This document shows, piece after piece, positions 1 through 8,601 of a DNA stretch of 64,000 bases (position 1 is its first letter; every line of letters starts with the position of its first letter). Source of the DNA: Anaerolineales bacterium (GTDB lineage Bacteria > Chloroflexota > Anaerolineae > CG2-30-64-16); contig JADGQF010000001.1 in NCBI GenBank assembly GCA_017882045.1, forward strand, positions 16,288 to 80,287. The letters run 5' to 3'. The notes beneath the pieces are model-generated. The model did no database searches. It had not been told where the DNA came from and was given only the letters and a program-made list of their open reading frames with translations. The translations under genes were made by a program, and so were the position numbers.

Positions 1-138
1 CAGCTCTCGCCGGACTTTCAGGTCCGCGAGCTGACCCTCAAGCAGCCCTTCGTGGGCACTATCTCGTTGCGGCAAGCGGCCGAAATGGCGGTGATCCTCG
101 ACGGCGTGCAGAAGTCGTTGGGGTTCCTGGTAAAGTAG
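1..138 (+). CDS. C-terminal fragment of an unidentified protein (gene begins upstream of the window)
   Basis: Frame +1 is open from base 1 to TAG at 136-138 (...GTISLRQAAEMAVILDGVQKSLGFLVK*). Third codon positions are GC-rich like neighbouring genes. Too short to assign a family. The competing antisense ORF 18..596 has no recognisable motif. Confidence 0.35.
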   Translation, partial: QLSPDFQVRELTLKQPFVGTISLRQAAEMAVILDGVQKSLGFLVK

Positions 139-158
139 CCGGTTACGGAGTTGTGTTG

Positions 159-1439
159 ATGGCGGAAATGAGAGTTGAGATTGCGGGGCTGGAGTTCCCG
201 AACCCGATCCTGCCGGGAGCGGGCCCGCTGGTTGATAATGGCCTGAAACTGGCCGCGGTGGCCGCGGGCGGGGCCGGCGGACTGGTGACCCGTACGGTCA
301 CGGTGGCGCCGGCTACTGCACCGCCGCGGCATGCCGAAATACGGGGCGGCGTGCTCAACACGCCCCGCTGGTCGGAACTGCCGCTCAGCCAGTGGCTCGA
401 GATAGAATACCCGCGCGCCAGGGCGGCGGCAGATGCGGCCGGTATCCCGCTGATCGTCAGCATTGGCTACACGGCGGAAGAAGTCGCGTACCTGGCGCCG
501 CGCGTGGCGCCCTTCGCCGACGCCTTCGAGCTGAGCATGATGCACGGTGAACCCGGCCTGCTGACAGACCCGGTGACCGAGGGGGAGCTGGTTCACCGCC
601 AGCCGGTGAGCACCTGGACGCGCGGACCGTCACCGGTGCTGGATGCGATCCGGGCGATCAAACCGGCAACCGACAAACCGTTGATCGTGAAAGTCAATCC
701 GCTGGGCAGCAGCGAAATGGGCGCCCTGGCGCGCGAGATCGAGGCCGCCGGCGCGGATGCCATCACGGCTACAAACGCTTTCGGTCCCGTCACCGCGCTG
801 GACGTCGAGAGCGGGCGCTTCCTGCTTGACACGCCCGACGGTCACGCCTGGCTTTCGGGCGCGGCCCTGAAACCGCTGGCCCTACGCTGCGTGTTCGATA
901 TCGCGCGCTCCGTTTCTATCCCGGTCATCGGCGCCGGCGGAATCACGAAGACCGAAGATGCGGTTGAGTACTTGATGGCCGGGGCCAGCGCCGTGGAGAT
1001 CACGACCGGGGCGCTGAAGACCGGCGCAGCCTTCTACGGCCGGTTCGCCGGGCGCCTGAGCAACTGGCTGGATGCGCACGGCTACGCATCGGTGGCGGAG
1101 ATACAGGGGCTCGGCATCCGGCGCTGGGAATCGCTGCAGCCGCATCGCGACAGCGTCCCGGTGCTGTACGATATCGACGAATGTATCGGCTGCGAATTGT
1201 GCGAGCTGAGCTGCCACTACGACGCAATCTATATGGTGCCGGGCAAAAACAAGGTCGGCGGTGATCTCGTTGCCGAGTTCAACGCCGACCGCTGCTTTGG
1301 CTGCGGACTGTGCGTAGTGCGCTGCCCGACCGATGCACTGCTGATGCCAATGTTGCAGCGGGACGGGATTTACTTGCATCCCAAGACACTGCAGCCGGCA
1401 AAGCCGGGTAGCGGATCGATCGAGACGCCGACACGGTAG
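159..1439 (+). CDS. Dihydroorotate/dihydropyrimidine dehydrogenase (PreA)-like flavoprotein with C-terminal 2x[4Fe-4S] ferredoxin domain
   Basis: ATG at 159 lies 8 nt after ACGGAG. The N-terminus (A)EMRVEIAGLEFPNPILPGAGP is typical of class-1 DHOD/DPD TIM-barrel flavoproteins. The C-terminus has two CxxCxxCxxxCP motifs (CIGCELCELSCHYD and CFGCGLCVVRCPTD). Confidence 0.85.
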   Translation: MAEMRVEIAGLEFPNPILPGAGPLVDNGLKLAAVAAGGAGGLVTRTVTVAPATAPPRHAEIRGGVLNTPRWSELPLSQWLEIEYPRARAAADAAGIPLIVSIGYTAEEVAYLAPRVAPFADAFELSMMHGEPGLLTDPVTEGELVHRQPVSTWTRGPSPVLDAIRAIKPATDKPLIVKVNPLGSSEMGALAREIEAAGADAITATNAFGPVTALDVESGRFLLDTPDGHAWLSGAALKPLALRCVFDIARSVSIPVIGAGGITKTEDAVEYLMAGASAVEITTGALKTGAAFYGRFAGRLSNWLDAHGYASVAEIQGLGIRRWESLQPHRDSVPVLYDIDECIGCELCELSCHYDAIYMVPGKNKVGGDLVAEFNADRCFGCGLCVVRCPTDALLMPMLQRDGIYLHPKTLQPAKPGSGSIETPTR

Positions 1440-1505
1440 GAGCGACTGAAGGCGCTTCCTGGACGCGGGGCGACTGAACTCGCTACTACGAAGGTGAAGG
1501 CAGGT

Positions 1506-2267
1506 TCAGGCGATGCCCAGGACCATGATCATCTTGCCAGGGTCCCAGTCGACGATAACCTGGCCCTTAACGTTGAAAGTGGGCGTAGTTTCGAAGCCGT
1601 TGGCCCAACCCTTGACACGTTGGGCCGCGGCGCGGTCCTTGGAGATATCCACTTCAACGTAAGAGATGTGATGTTCCTTGAGGAAGGCGCGTGCCCGCAT
1701 GCAGCCTGGGCACCAGGGCGTGCAGTACATGACGACGTCCGCCTCGGGCTCAGGGGCTGTCACGACGGCCGGTTTTTCCACGACGGCTTGCGCGGCCGCG
1801 AGCTTGGGATCGAGCCTGGCAAGCTCCGCGAAGAGCACCTCATTGTCGGGCTGCTCGGCGATATTGTGGACGTCGACGTAGCGGATGATGCGCTGCTTAT
1901 CGATGACAAAGATCGCACGTTCGGAGTAGCCCTCAGTGCGGAACACACCATACATCTGGGCAACACGCCCGTGCGGGAAGAAATCGCTCAAGAGCGGGTA
2001 ATCGATCCCGCCCAAACTGTCGGTCCATGCCTTGAGGCAGTCCGTGCTGTCAACACTCAGACCCAGAACCTGGGTCTCCATCCCATCGAACCGGGCCAGC
2101 GCGGCCTGGTAGGAAGGGATCTGGTTCGTTCAAACGGGTGTCCAGGCCAGCGGGAAGAAGGCCATCACGACATTGCACCGGCCGCGGTAGTCGCTCAGGC
2201 GAACGGATTGCCCGCTATGGCTTTTGAGGATAAAATCAGGAGCGAGTTGTCCAACAGTTAAAGGCAT
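1506..2267 (-). CDS. Selenocysteine-containing AhpE-like peroxiredoxin fused to a CPGC glutaredoxin/NrdH-like domain (UGA at 2132-2130 read as Sec)
   Basis: ATG at 2267 has GGGAGGA 5 nt upstream. The first 45 aa, MPLTVGQLAPDF...FFPLAWTPV, end at TGA exactly at the peroxidatic Cys position. The same frame continues with 16 sense codons (TNQIPSYQAALARFDG) into ORF 1506..2081, which carries the Prx core (YPLLSDFFPHGRVAQMYGVF, RAIFVIDKQRIIRY), a linker and a CPGC thioredoxin-fold domain. The stitched product is 253 aa. Confidence 0.8.
2090..2110 (-). promoter_or_regulatory. Candidate bacterial SECIS stem-loop downstream of the peroxiredoxin UGA
   Basis: On the minus strand, +20 to +40 after UGA reads ACCAGGCC-GCGCU-GGCCCGGU. 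GGCC pairs with GGCC and CC with GG, leaving a 5-nt apical loop. An outer CGAACC/GGUUCG pairing (+2..+7 with +38..+43) is an alternative fold. Folded by eye only. Confidence 0.35.
2130..2132 (-). other. In-frame UGA, predicted Sec codon of the peroxiredoxin
   Basis: Plus-strand tca at 2130-2132 is TGA on the minus strand. It follows ...AWTPV and precedes TNQ..., replacing the Cys of the Prx PxxxTxxC motif. Confidence 0.75.
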
Positions 2268-2404
2268 ACCTATCCTCCCTGCGATCGAGAAGGTTACAAC
2301 AGGCGCTATGATACCATAAAACAACGCATGTGATAAAAGTTGAAGTAGGGGAATGACTGAAAGGATGGCCCGTTTTCCCCAGACGCCCTGAAAGGAGTGG
2401 TCCG

Positions 2405-2581
2405 ATGCAAGAACATGGCTGGTCCTGGCTGCGAGCGCTGGAGTCGGGTTCGCTGAGCCCACACCAACTGGAGTCTCTGCAAGCAATGGTGGATGCGGGT
2501 GAAGTCGAGAGCCTGGCCGATGCGGCCCGGCTGCTGGATCATGAGTTGGCAAAACGCGCGGATCACGAGCAGGACCTTTAG
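2405..2581 (+). CDS. Small hypothetical protein (58 aa) immediately upstream of the Mo-hydroxylase genes
   Basis: ATG at 2405 is preceded by AAAGGAGTGG (GGAG about 7 nt upstream) and the stop is TAG at 2579-2581. It encodes MQEHGWSWLRALESGSLSPHQLESLQAMVDAGEVESLADAARLLDHELAKRADHEQDL. It falls below the 60-aa cut-off of the ORF track, has codon third positions like neighbouring genes, and ends 18 nt before the next start. Confidence 0.4.
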   Translation: MQEHGWSWLRALESGSLSPHQLESLQAMVDAGEVESLADAARLLDHELAKRADHEQDL

Positions 2582-2599
2582 AGAAGGATATCTTTACCC

Positions 2600-4006
2600 A
2601 TGTGGCAAACTTACTATGCGCCGGCCAGCCTGGCGGAAGCGCTAGAGTTACTGGCCCGGCACGGCGATGCTTGCCGTATTGTGGCCGGCGGCACTGACCT
2701 GATCCTCGAGCTGGAGCGCGGCGTGCGCCGGCAAGAGATCATGGTGGATGTCTCGCGCATTGCGGGACTGGACAACCTGACGCTGCGCGCTGGCATCCTC
2801 TCGCTCGGCCCCTTGGTGACTCACAACCAGGTGGTCGCCTCGCCCGATGCGGTGGCGCGGGCTTTCCCGCTGGCCCGCGCTTGTTGGCTGGTCGGCGCGC
2901 CGCAGATCCGTAACCGGGGCACGGTCGCCGGCAACCTGGTGACCGCCAGCCCGGCCAACGATACCATCACCCCCCTCTGGGCGATGGATGCGACGCTGAC
3001 GCTCTCCAGCCGGAACCGGAGCAGCCGTACCCTGCCCTTCGACCAGTTTTTCCTGGGCGTGCGCCGCACCGCTCTCGCGCCGGACGAAATGGTCACGAGC
3101 ATCGACATGCCCGCGCTGGGCGCCAACGAACGTGGCACGTTCCTCAAGCTGGGCCTGCGCCAGGCGCAAGCCATCAGCGTTGTCAATGTCGCGGTGATTG
3201 TGGATTTCGGGCCGGGACCGGAGGCCAGGGTCGGACGGGCACGCATCGCGCTGGGCTCGGTTGCGCCGACCATCCTGCGCGCCGCCCAGGCCGAGGCCTA
3301 CCTGGCCGGCCAGAGACTGCGCGACGAGGTCATTGAAGGAGCGGCCGAACTGGCGGCTGCTGCTGCCCGGCCCATTTCCGATGTGCGGGCAGGCGCGGAC
3401 TACCGGCGCGATATGATTCGGGTCATGACCGCACGCGCGCTACGCCAACTCAGGGATGGCACGGAATGCGCCGGCTGGCCGGAAAGGCCCGTGCTGCTGT
3501 GGGGAGGGCGCAACCGGCTGCCGGCCGCATCTCCGGCTCTCCCGGCCTCGGGAGACATTGAGTTCACGCTCAACGGGCAACCGATCAGGCTGCGGGGCGT
3601 GCATGGCAAGACGTTGCTGCGCGCCCTCCGGGAGGACGCGGGATTGACGGGCACTAAAGAAGGCTGCGCCGAAGGCGAGTGCGGCGCCTGTACGGTCTGG
3701 CTGGATGGCAAGGCCGTGATGAGTTGCCTGGTGCCGGCCGAACGAGCTCAGGGCTGCCAGGTCGTGACCGTGGAGGGACTGGGCGGGGCCGGCGGCGAGC
3801 TACATCCCGTGCAGCAGGCCTTCATCGAGGCCGCGGCCGTGCAGTGCGGCTACTGCACGCCGGGCTTCCTGATGTCGGCGGCCAATCTCCTGGAGGAATT
3901 GCCGCATCCGACGCAGGATGAGATTCGCCAGGCCCTGACCGGCAACCTGTGTCGTTGTACCGGGTATTACAAAATCCTGGAAGCCGTGGAAAAGGCGGTC
4001 AGATGA
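2600..4006 (+). CDS. Xanthine dehydrogenase/CO dehydrogenase-family fused FAD-binding (CoxM/XdhB-like) and [2Fe-2S] (CoxS-like) subunit
   Basis: The N-terminal half has FAD-binding motifs (IVAGGTDLILELERG, RNRGTVAGNLVTASPANDT). The C-terminal 150 aa has both 2Fe-2S motifs (GCAEGECGACTV; QCGYCTPGF...CRCTGY). Confidence 0.9.
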   Translation: MWQTYYAPASLAEALELLARHGDACRIVAGGTDLILELERGVRRQEIMVDVSRIAGLDNLTLRAGILSLGPLVTHNQVVASPDAVARAFPLARACWLVGAPQIRNRGTVAGNLVTASPANDTITPLWAMDATLTLSSRNRSSRTLPFDQFFLGVRRTALAPDEMVTSIDMPALGANERGTFLKLGLRQAQAISVVNVAVIVDFGPGPEARVGRARIALGSVAPTILRAAQAEAYLAGQRLRDEVIEGAAELAAAAARPISDVRAGADYRRDMIRVMTARALRQLRDGTECAGWPERPVLLWGGRNRLPAASPALPASGDIEFTLNGQPIRLRGVHGKTLLRALREDAGLTGTKEGCAEGECGACTVWLDGKAVMSCLVPAERAQGCQVVTVEGLGGAGGELHPVQQAFIEAAAVQCGYCTPGFLMSAANLLEELPHPTQDEIRQALTGNLCRCTGYYKILEAVEKAVR

Positions 4007-6222
4007 AATACCAGATTGTGGGCGCGAACGCCCCACGCATCGATGCCCCGGCGAAGGTGACGGGCCAGGCGCTTTACTCGGGCGACATCGCCTACCCGGA
4101 CATGCTACACCTTGCCACACTGTTTGCCGGACGGCCCCACGCCCGCATCCTGGCCATCGATACCGCGGAGGCCGAGGCCGCGCCGGGCGTGATCGCAGTT
4201 TTCACGGCGCGTGATGTTCCGGTGAACGAACACGGCCTGCAAATGCAGGACCAGCCCGTCCTGTGCGGCCCCGGCTCGTCAAAAGAGGGCGCGGACGTGG
4301 TGCGTTTCGTGGGCGACCAGGTAGCGATTGTCGTGGCGGAGAGCGAAACGCAGGCCAGGGCCGCGCTTAAGCTGATCCGCATCGAATGGCAGGATCTGCC
4401 CCTGCTGCTGAATCCCGAAGAGGCCATGCAACCCGGCGCTTTCCGGTTGCATCCCCATGCGCCCGACAACATTACTTACACCTATCATATCCGCAAGGGC
4501 GATGCCGAAGCCGCCTTGCGCGCGGCGGATGTGATGGTGGAAGGGGTCTTTGAGACGCCAGTCCAGGAACACGCCTATCTCCAGCCCGAGGCAGGCGTGG
4601 CCTACATCGACGAGGCCGGGCGCATCACGGTTGAGGCCGCCGGACAGTGGACGCACGTCGATCGCGCGCAGATCGCGCACTCGCTGGGCCTGGCCGATGA
4701 AGAGGTGCGGGTGATTTACCCGGCCATCGGCGGCGCGTTCGGCGGGCGCGAGGACATTTCCGTGCAGATCACCCTGGCCCTGGCCGCCTGGCGCCTGGCG
4801 CAGCGCGGTATACGCCGGCCGATCAAGACCATCTGGAGCCGGGAAGAATCGATTATCGCCCATGGCAAGCGCCACGCGATGAAGCTGTGGGCGCGCTTCG
4901 GCGCCCGGCGCGATGGCAAGCTGGTCGCCGCGCAAGTGAAGGTCATCGCCGACGGCGGCGCGTATTGCTATACCAGCAACAAAGTGCTGGGCAACTGCAC
5001 GTTGACCTGCACCGGGCCGTACGAGATCCCGAACGCGAAGGTCGACACTTATGCCATCTACACGAATAATCTGCCCGGCGCGGCATTCCGCGGCTTTGGC
5101 GGCCCGCAGGGCCATTTCGCCGCCGAAAGCCTGATGGACCGGCTGGCCGAAGCGCTCAACATCGATCCCGTCGAATTGCGCCTGAAGAACATCCTGACCG
5201 GCGAGAGCCTGCTGACCACCGGCACGCCCATCCCCGGCGGCGTCGGCCTGACCGAGACCGTGATCGCCGCGGCCCGGGCGGCAGGCTGGACGCAGGACGA
5301 GGCTGGCCATTGGCACAAACCGCCGCTGGAGCGGGGCGATGGGGCGGTCCGGCGCGGCCTGGGGTTTGCCTGCGGCTTCAAGAACGTTGGCTTCAGCTAC
5401 GGCTATCAAGAGAACAGCTACGCGCGCGTCGAGCTGGAGGGCGCAGCGGCGCCCGAAAGAGCCGTCGTCTATTATGCCGGCGCAGACGTGGGCCAGGGAA
5501 ACCACACTGTGGTCGCGCAGATGGCCGCCGAGGTGCTGGGCATCCCATTCGACTGCGTGCAGGTGGTGGCCTCGGATACGGCGAAGATGGGTGACTCGGG
5601 TAGCGCCTCCGCTTCTCGCCTGACCTATATGTCGGGCAACGCGGTGCGCGGTGCAGCCGCGAAGGCGCTGGAGGCCTGGCAGAACGAAGACCGCCCGGCC
5701 GTCGGCGAGTTCGTCTACCTGGCGCCCAAGACCAGCCAGTTGGACCACGACACCGGCTTTGGCAAGCCCAACTTCGCTTACGGGTACGTCGCGCAGGCCG
5801 CCCAGCTCACTGTGGACACTGAGACCGGCGAGGTGCTGGTCGAGCGCTTCATCAGCGCCGACGACGTGGGTCAGGCGATCAACCCGCAGCAGGTGCAGGG
5901 CCAGATCGAAGGCGGCGCCGTGCAGGCGCTGGGCTACGCGCTGATGGAAAACTTCAAAACCGCGGGTGGCAGGGTGTTGACGGACAAGTTGAGCACCTAT
6001 CTCATCCCGACCATCCTCGACGTGCCCGCAAGGCTGGATTCGATCATCGTCGAGGTGCCGGATCCAAACGGCCCATGGGGCGCGCGCGGCATGTCAGAGA
6101 TGCCTTATCTGCCGGCTGCAGCCGTCGTGGCCAACGCGGTCCATGATGCAACCGGCGTGCGCTTCGACGATTTCCCTCTGACGGCTGAGCGCGTGTGGCG
6201 CGGGCTGCGGAAGCGAGACTGA
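4003..6222 (+). CDS. Xanthine dehydrogenase-family molybdopterin-binding large subunit
   Basis: ATG at 4003 overlaps the upstream stop (ATGA). The N-terminus MKYQIVGANAPRIDAPAKVTGQALYSGD and motifs GGAFGGRED and AFRGFGGPQ are typical of aldehyde oxidase/xanthine dehydrogenase Mo subunits. Confidence 0.9.
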   Translation: MKYQIVGANAPRIDAPAKVTGQALYSGDIAYPDMLHLATLFAGRPHARILAIDTAEAEAAPGVIAVFTARDVPVNEHGLQMQDQPVLCGPGSSKEGADVVRFVGDQVAIVVAESETQARAALKLIRIEWQDLPLLLNPEEAMQPGAFRLHPHAPDNITYTYHIRKGDAEAALRAADVMVEGVFETPVQEHAYLQPEAGVAYIDEAGRITVEAAGQWTHVDRAQIAHSLGLADEEVRVIYPAIGGAFGGREDISVQITLALAAWRLAQRGIRRPIKTIWSREESIIAHGKRHAMKLWARFGARRDGKLVAAQVKVIADGGAYCYTSNKVLGNCTLTCTGPYEIPNAKVDTYAIYTNNLPGAAFRGFGGPQGHFAAESLMDRLAEALNIDPVELRLKNILTGESLLTTGTPIPGGVGLTETVIAAARAAGWTQDEAGHWHKPPLERGDGAVRRGLGFACGFKNVGFSYGYQENSYARVELEGAAAPERAVVYYAGADVGQGNHTVVAQMAAEVLGIPFDCVQVVASDTAKMGDSGSASASRLTYMSGNAVRGAAAKALEAWQNEDRPAVGEFVYLAPKTSQLDHDTGFGKPNFAYGYVAQAAQLTVDTETGEVLVERFISADDVGQAINPQQVQGQIEGGAVQALGYALMENFKTAGGRVLTDKLSTYLIPTILDVPARLDSIIVEVPDPNGPWGARGMSEMPYLPAAAVVANAVHDATGVRFDDFPLTAERVWRGLRKRD

Positions 6223-6341
6223 CCGGCGGATGGGGATGTGCGTTACTGGCGCGACGACCAGCAGGTGCATCATGGACCGAAGCGGAACCTGGATGCAGTG
6301 ATCCTGGGAGAGCGAAAGAACGAGTAGATGGGGAGTCAACG

Positions 6342-6884
6342 GTGAGCGCGCCTGTTGTGATCCTGGACTATGACCCTCGCTGGCCGGCGCTGTACGAGGA
6401 AGAGAAGGGCCGTATCGTGGCGGCGATTGGCCCTGCCATCCTGGCAATCGAGCACGTAGGAAGCACAGCCGTGCCCGGTCTCGCCGCCAAGCCAGTCATT
6501 GATATCATGGTCGGCATCCAGACGCTAGACGAGGCGCCGGCTCTATACGATCCTCTGGCCGCTATCGGCTACGAATACGCCCCCGAGTTTGAGGAGCTGA
6601 TCCCCGAGCGGCGCTTTTTTCGTAAGGGGCCGGCGGAATTTCGGACGCATCACCTCCATGTCGTCGAATTCGGGGACGATTTCTGGGTGCGGCACCTGTT
6701 GTTCCGCGAATATCTGCGCCGGCATGCCGAGGCGGCACACAATTACGCGCAGTTGAAGCGCAAGTTAGCCGCGCAGTATGGCGGAAACCGCCAGGGCTAC
6801 ACTGAAGCCAAAACCGATTTCATTCGCGGCATAGAATTCCTGGCGCGGGCCGATGCAGAGCTGGCCGGAGAGCTGCCGGCGTAA
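6342..6884 (+). CDS. GrpB (UPF0157) family protein
   Basis: GTG at 6342 lies 6 nt after GGGGAG. Motifs are VVILDYDPRWPALYEEEKGRI and IEHVGSTAVPGLAAKPVIDIMV. The longer track ORF (from 6195) overlaps the upstream gene. Confidence 0.85.
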   Translation: MSAPVVILDYDPRWPALYEEEKGRIVAAIGPAILAIEHVGSTAVPGLAAKPVIDIMVGIQTLDEAPALYDPLAAIGYEYAPEFEELIPERRFFRKGPAEFRTHHLHVVEFGDDFWVRHLLFREYLRRHAEAAHNYAQLKRKLAAQYGGNRQGYTEAKTDFIRGIEFLARADAELAGELPA

Positions 6885-6927
6885 TGCCTGAAATCGACGT
6901 TCGCTTTAGGAGGATATACGCAATACA

Positions 6928-8559
6928 TTGATCACCAATGAGTTTGTTTTCGCTTCCCGGCGATCGCCGGTGCTTGGGCGACGGGGCATGGTCGGGGCGT
7001 CGCAACCGCTAGCGGTTGCGGCAGGGCTCGAAATCCTGGCCAGAGGGGGCAACGCGGCCGATGCGGCAGTCGCCACCGCCGCGGCCCTTAACGTGACCGA
7101 ACCGACGTCGACCGGGCTGGGCGGAGATTGTTTTGCCCTCTTTTACGACGGCGCCTCGCGACAGGTCAGCGCCCTGAACGGCTCGGGGCGCGCGCCGGCC
7201 GCGCTGACTCTCGAGCGCTTGCAGAAGGAGGGCTTCGGCGGCCGGTTGCCTCCCTATCATCCCTACACTGTCACGGTGCCGGGCGCCTGCGCCGGCTGGT
7301 GCGACATGGTCGGACAGCACGGGCGCCTGGCGCTGGAAACAATCCTGGCCCCTGCCATCCGGTTGGCCGAAGAGGGTTTCCCGGTCGCGCCACTCACCGC
7401 CTATGCCTGGGAGCGCGGCGCCGAGCGGCAGTTGCGCCATGCAGCGGGCGGCCAGGAATTGACCATTGAAGGCCGCGCCCCGCGCGCTGGGGAAATCTTC
7501 CGCAACCCCGGGCTGGCCCGCACGTTGCGAACGATCGCCGGGGGCGGCAAGGAAGCCTTCTACCGGGGTAAAATTGCCGCCGCGATCGCCGCAACGGTGC
7601 AGGCTGCCGGCGGCTGCCTGGCCGAAGCGGACCTGGCGGCTCACGCCAGCACCTGGGAACAGCCGGTCAGCACCACCTATCGCGGGCTGAGGGTGTGGGA
7701 GTGCCCGCCCAATGGGCAAGGACTGGCCGCGCTCTTGGGGCTGAACATCCTGGAAGGGTTCGACCTGTCTGCGCTGCCGCCGCTCTCGGCCGAACGGCTG
7801 CACCTGGAGATCGAGGCGATGCGGCTGGCCTTCGCGGATGCGCGCTGGTACGTGGCCGACCCAACGTTCAGTCCGGCCCCCCTGGCCGAATTGCTCTCCA
7901 AAGGCTATGCCGCCACCCGCCGCCGCCTCATCCAGCCGGGGCGCGCCAGCCTGGATCGACTGAGGGGAAGCCCGGTCGCCGGCTCTGATACGGTCTATTT
8001 CAGCGTGGTGGACGGCGAAGGCAACGCGTGCTCGTTCATCAACAGCAACTATATGGGCTTCGGCACGGGCATTGTGCCGCGCGGCTGGGGCTTCTCACTG
8101 CAAAACCGCGGCCACAACTTCAGCCTGGAGGCCGGTCATCCCAACTCCCTCGCGCCGCGTAAGCGGCCCTACCACACCATCATCCCGGCCCTTGCCACAC
8201 GCGAGCACGATGGCTCGCTGTTCGCCAGTTTCGGAGTGATGGGCGGCTTCATGCAACCGCAGGGGCACCTGCAGGTCGCGGTGGCGCTGGCCGACGATGC
8301 CCTGGACCCGCAGTCTGCCCTGGACCGCCCGCGCTTCTGTATCGACGAGGGAGAAGCAGGCGGCGCGGTGGCGTTAGAAGAGGGTATTTCCATGCCGGTT
8401 ATGGCCCGGCTGGCGGAGATGGGCCATCCGCTGCTGCCGGTGAGCGGACAGGGGCGGGCGCTCTTCGGGCGCGGCCAGATCATCCTGCGTGACGCCGAGA
8501 ACGGAGTTCTGTGGGGTGGAAGCGACCCGCGGGCCGACGGTTGCGTGATGAGCCTGTGA
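6928..8559 (+). CDS. ggt: Gamma-glutamyltranspeptidase family protein
   Basis: TTG start lies downstream of TAGGAGGA (6907-6914). Motifs are TSTGLGGDCFALFYDG, PYHTIIPA and GGSDPRADG. The exact start is uncertain. Confidence 0.88.
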   Translation: MITNEFVFASRRSPVLGRRGMVGASQPLAVAAGLEILARGGNAADAAVATAAALNVTEPTSTGLGGDCFALFYDGASRQVSALNGSGRAPAALTLERLQKEGFGGRLPPYHPYTVTVPGACAGWCDMVGQHGRLALETILAPAIRLAEEGFPVAPLTAYAWERGAERQLRHAAGGQELTIEGRAPRAGEIFRNPGLARTLRTIAGGGKEAFYRGKIAAAIAATVQAAGGCLAEADLAAHASTWEQPVSTTYRGLRVWECPPNGQGLAALLGLNILEGFDLSALPPLSAERLHLEIEAMRLAFADARWYVADPTFSPAPLAELLSKGYAATRRRLIQPGRASLDRLRGSPVAGSDTVYFSVVDGEGNACSFINSNYMGFGTGIVPRGWGFSLQNRGHNFSLEAGHPNSLAPRKRPYHTIIPALATREHDGSLFASFGVMGGFMQPQGHLQVAVALADDALDPQSALDRPRFCIDEGEAGGAVALEEGISMPVMARLAEMGHPLLPVSGQGRALFGRGQIILRDAENGVLWGGSDPRADGCVMSL

Positions 8560-8564
8560 CGAGC

Positions 8565-8600
8565 GGCGTGATGCGCGGTGTGATGCGCGGCGTGATACTC
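8565..8600. repeat. Three tandem 12-nt units (GGCGTGATGCGC / GGTGTGATGCGC / GGCGTGATACTC) in the ggt-rsm intergenic spacer
   Basis: Read directly from the sequence. A further GCGTGATG copy is at 8543-8550 inside the ggt 3' end. Confidence 0.7.
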
Positions 8601-8601
8601 G

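Noticed and set aside
2130-2552. 140-aa minus-strand ORF as an independent protein
   Set aside because: Only its last 45 codons (from ATG 2267, with SD) look like a protein, namely the peroxiredoxin N-terminus. The upstream 95 codons run through the AT-rich divergent promoter region and overlap the small plus-strand ORF. It is treated as the 5' part of the Sec-peroxiredoxin gene instead.
4279-5748. 489-aa antisense ORF inside the Mo-subunit gene
   Set aside because: Typical long stop-free antisense frame in GC-rich DNA. The Arg/Ala/Gly-rich translation has no motif, whereas the sense strand has clear XDH-family motifs.
8565-8600. CRISPR-like array
   Set aside because: Units are 12 nt, directly abutting with no spacers, and there are only three copies. 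This is a simple tandem repeat.
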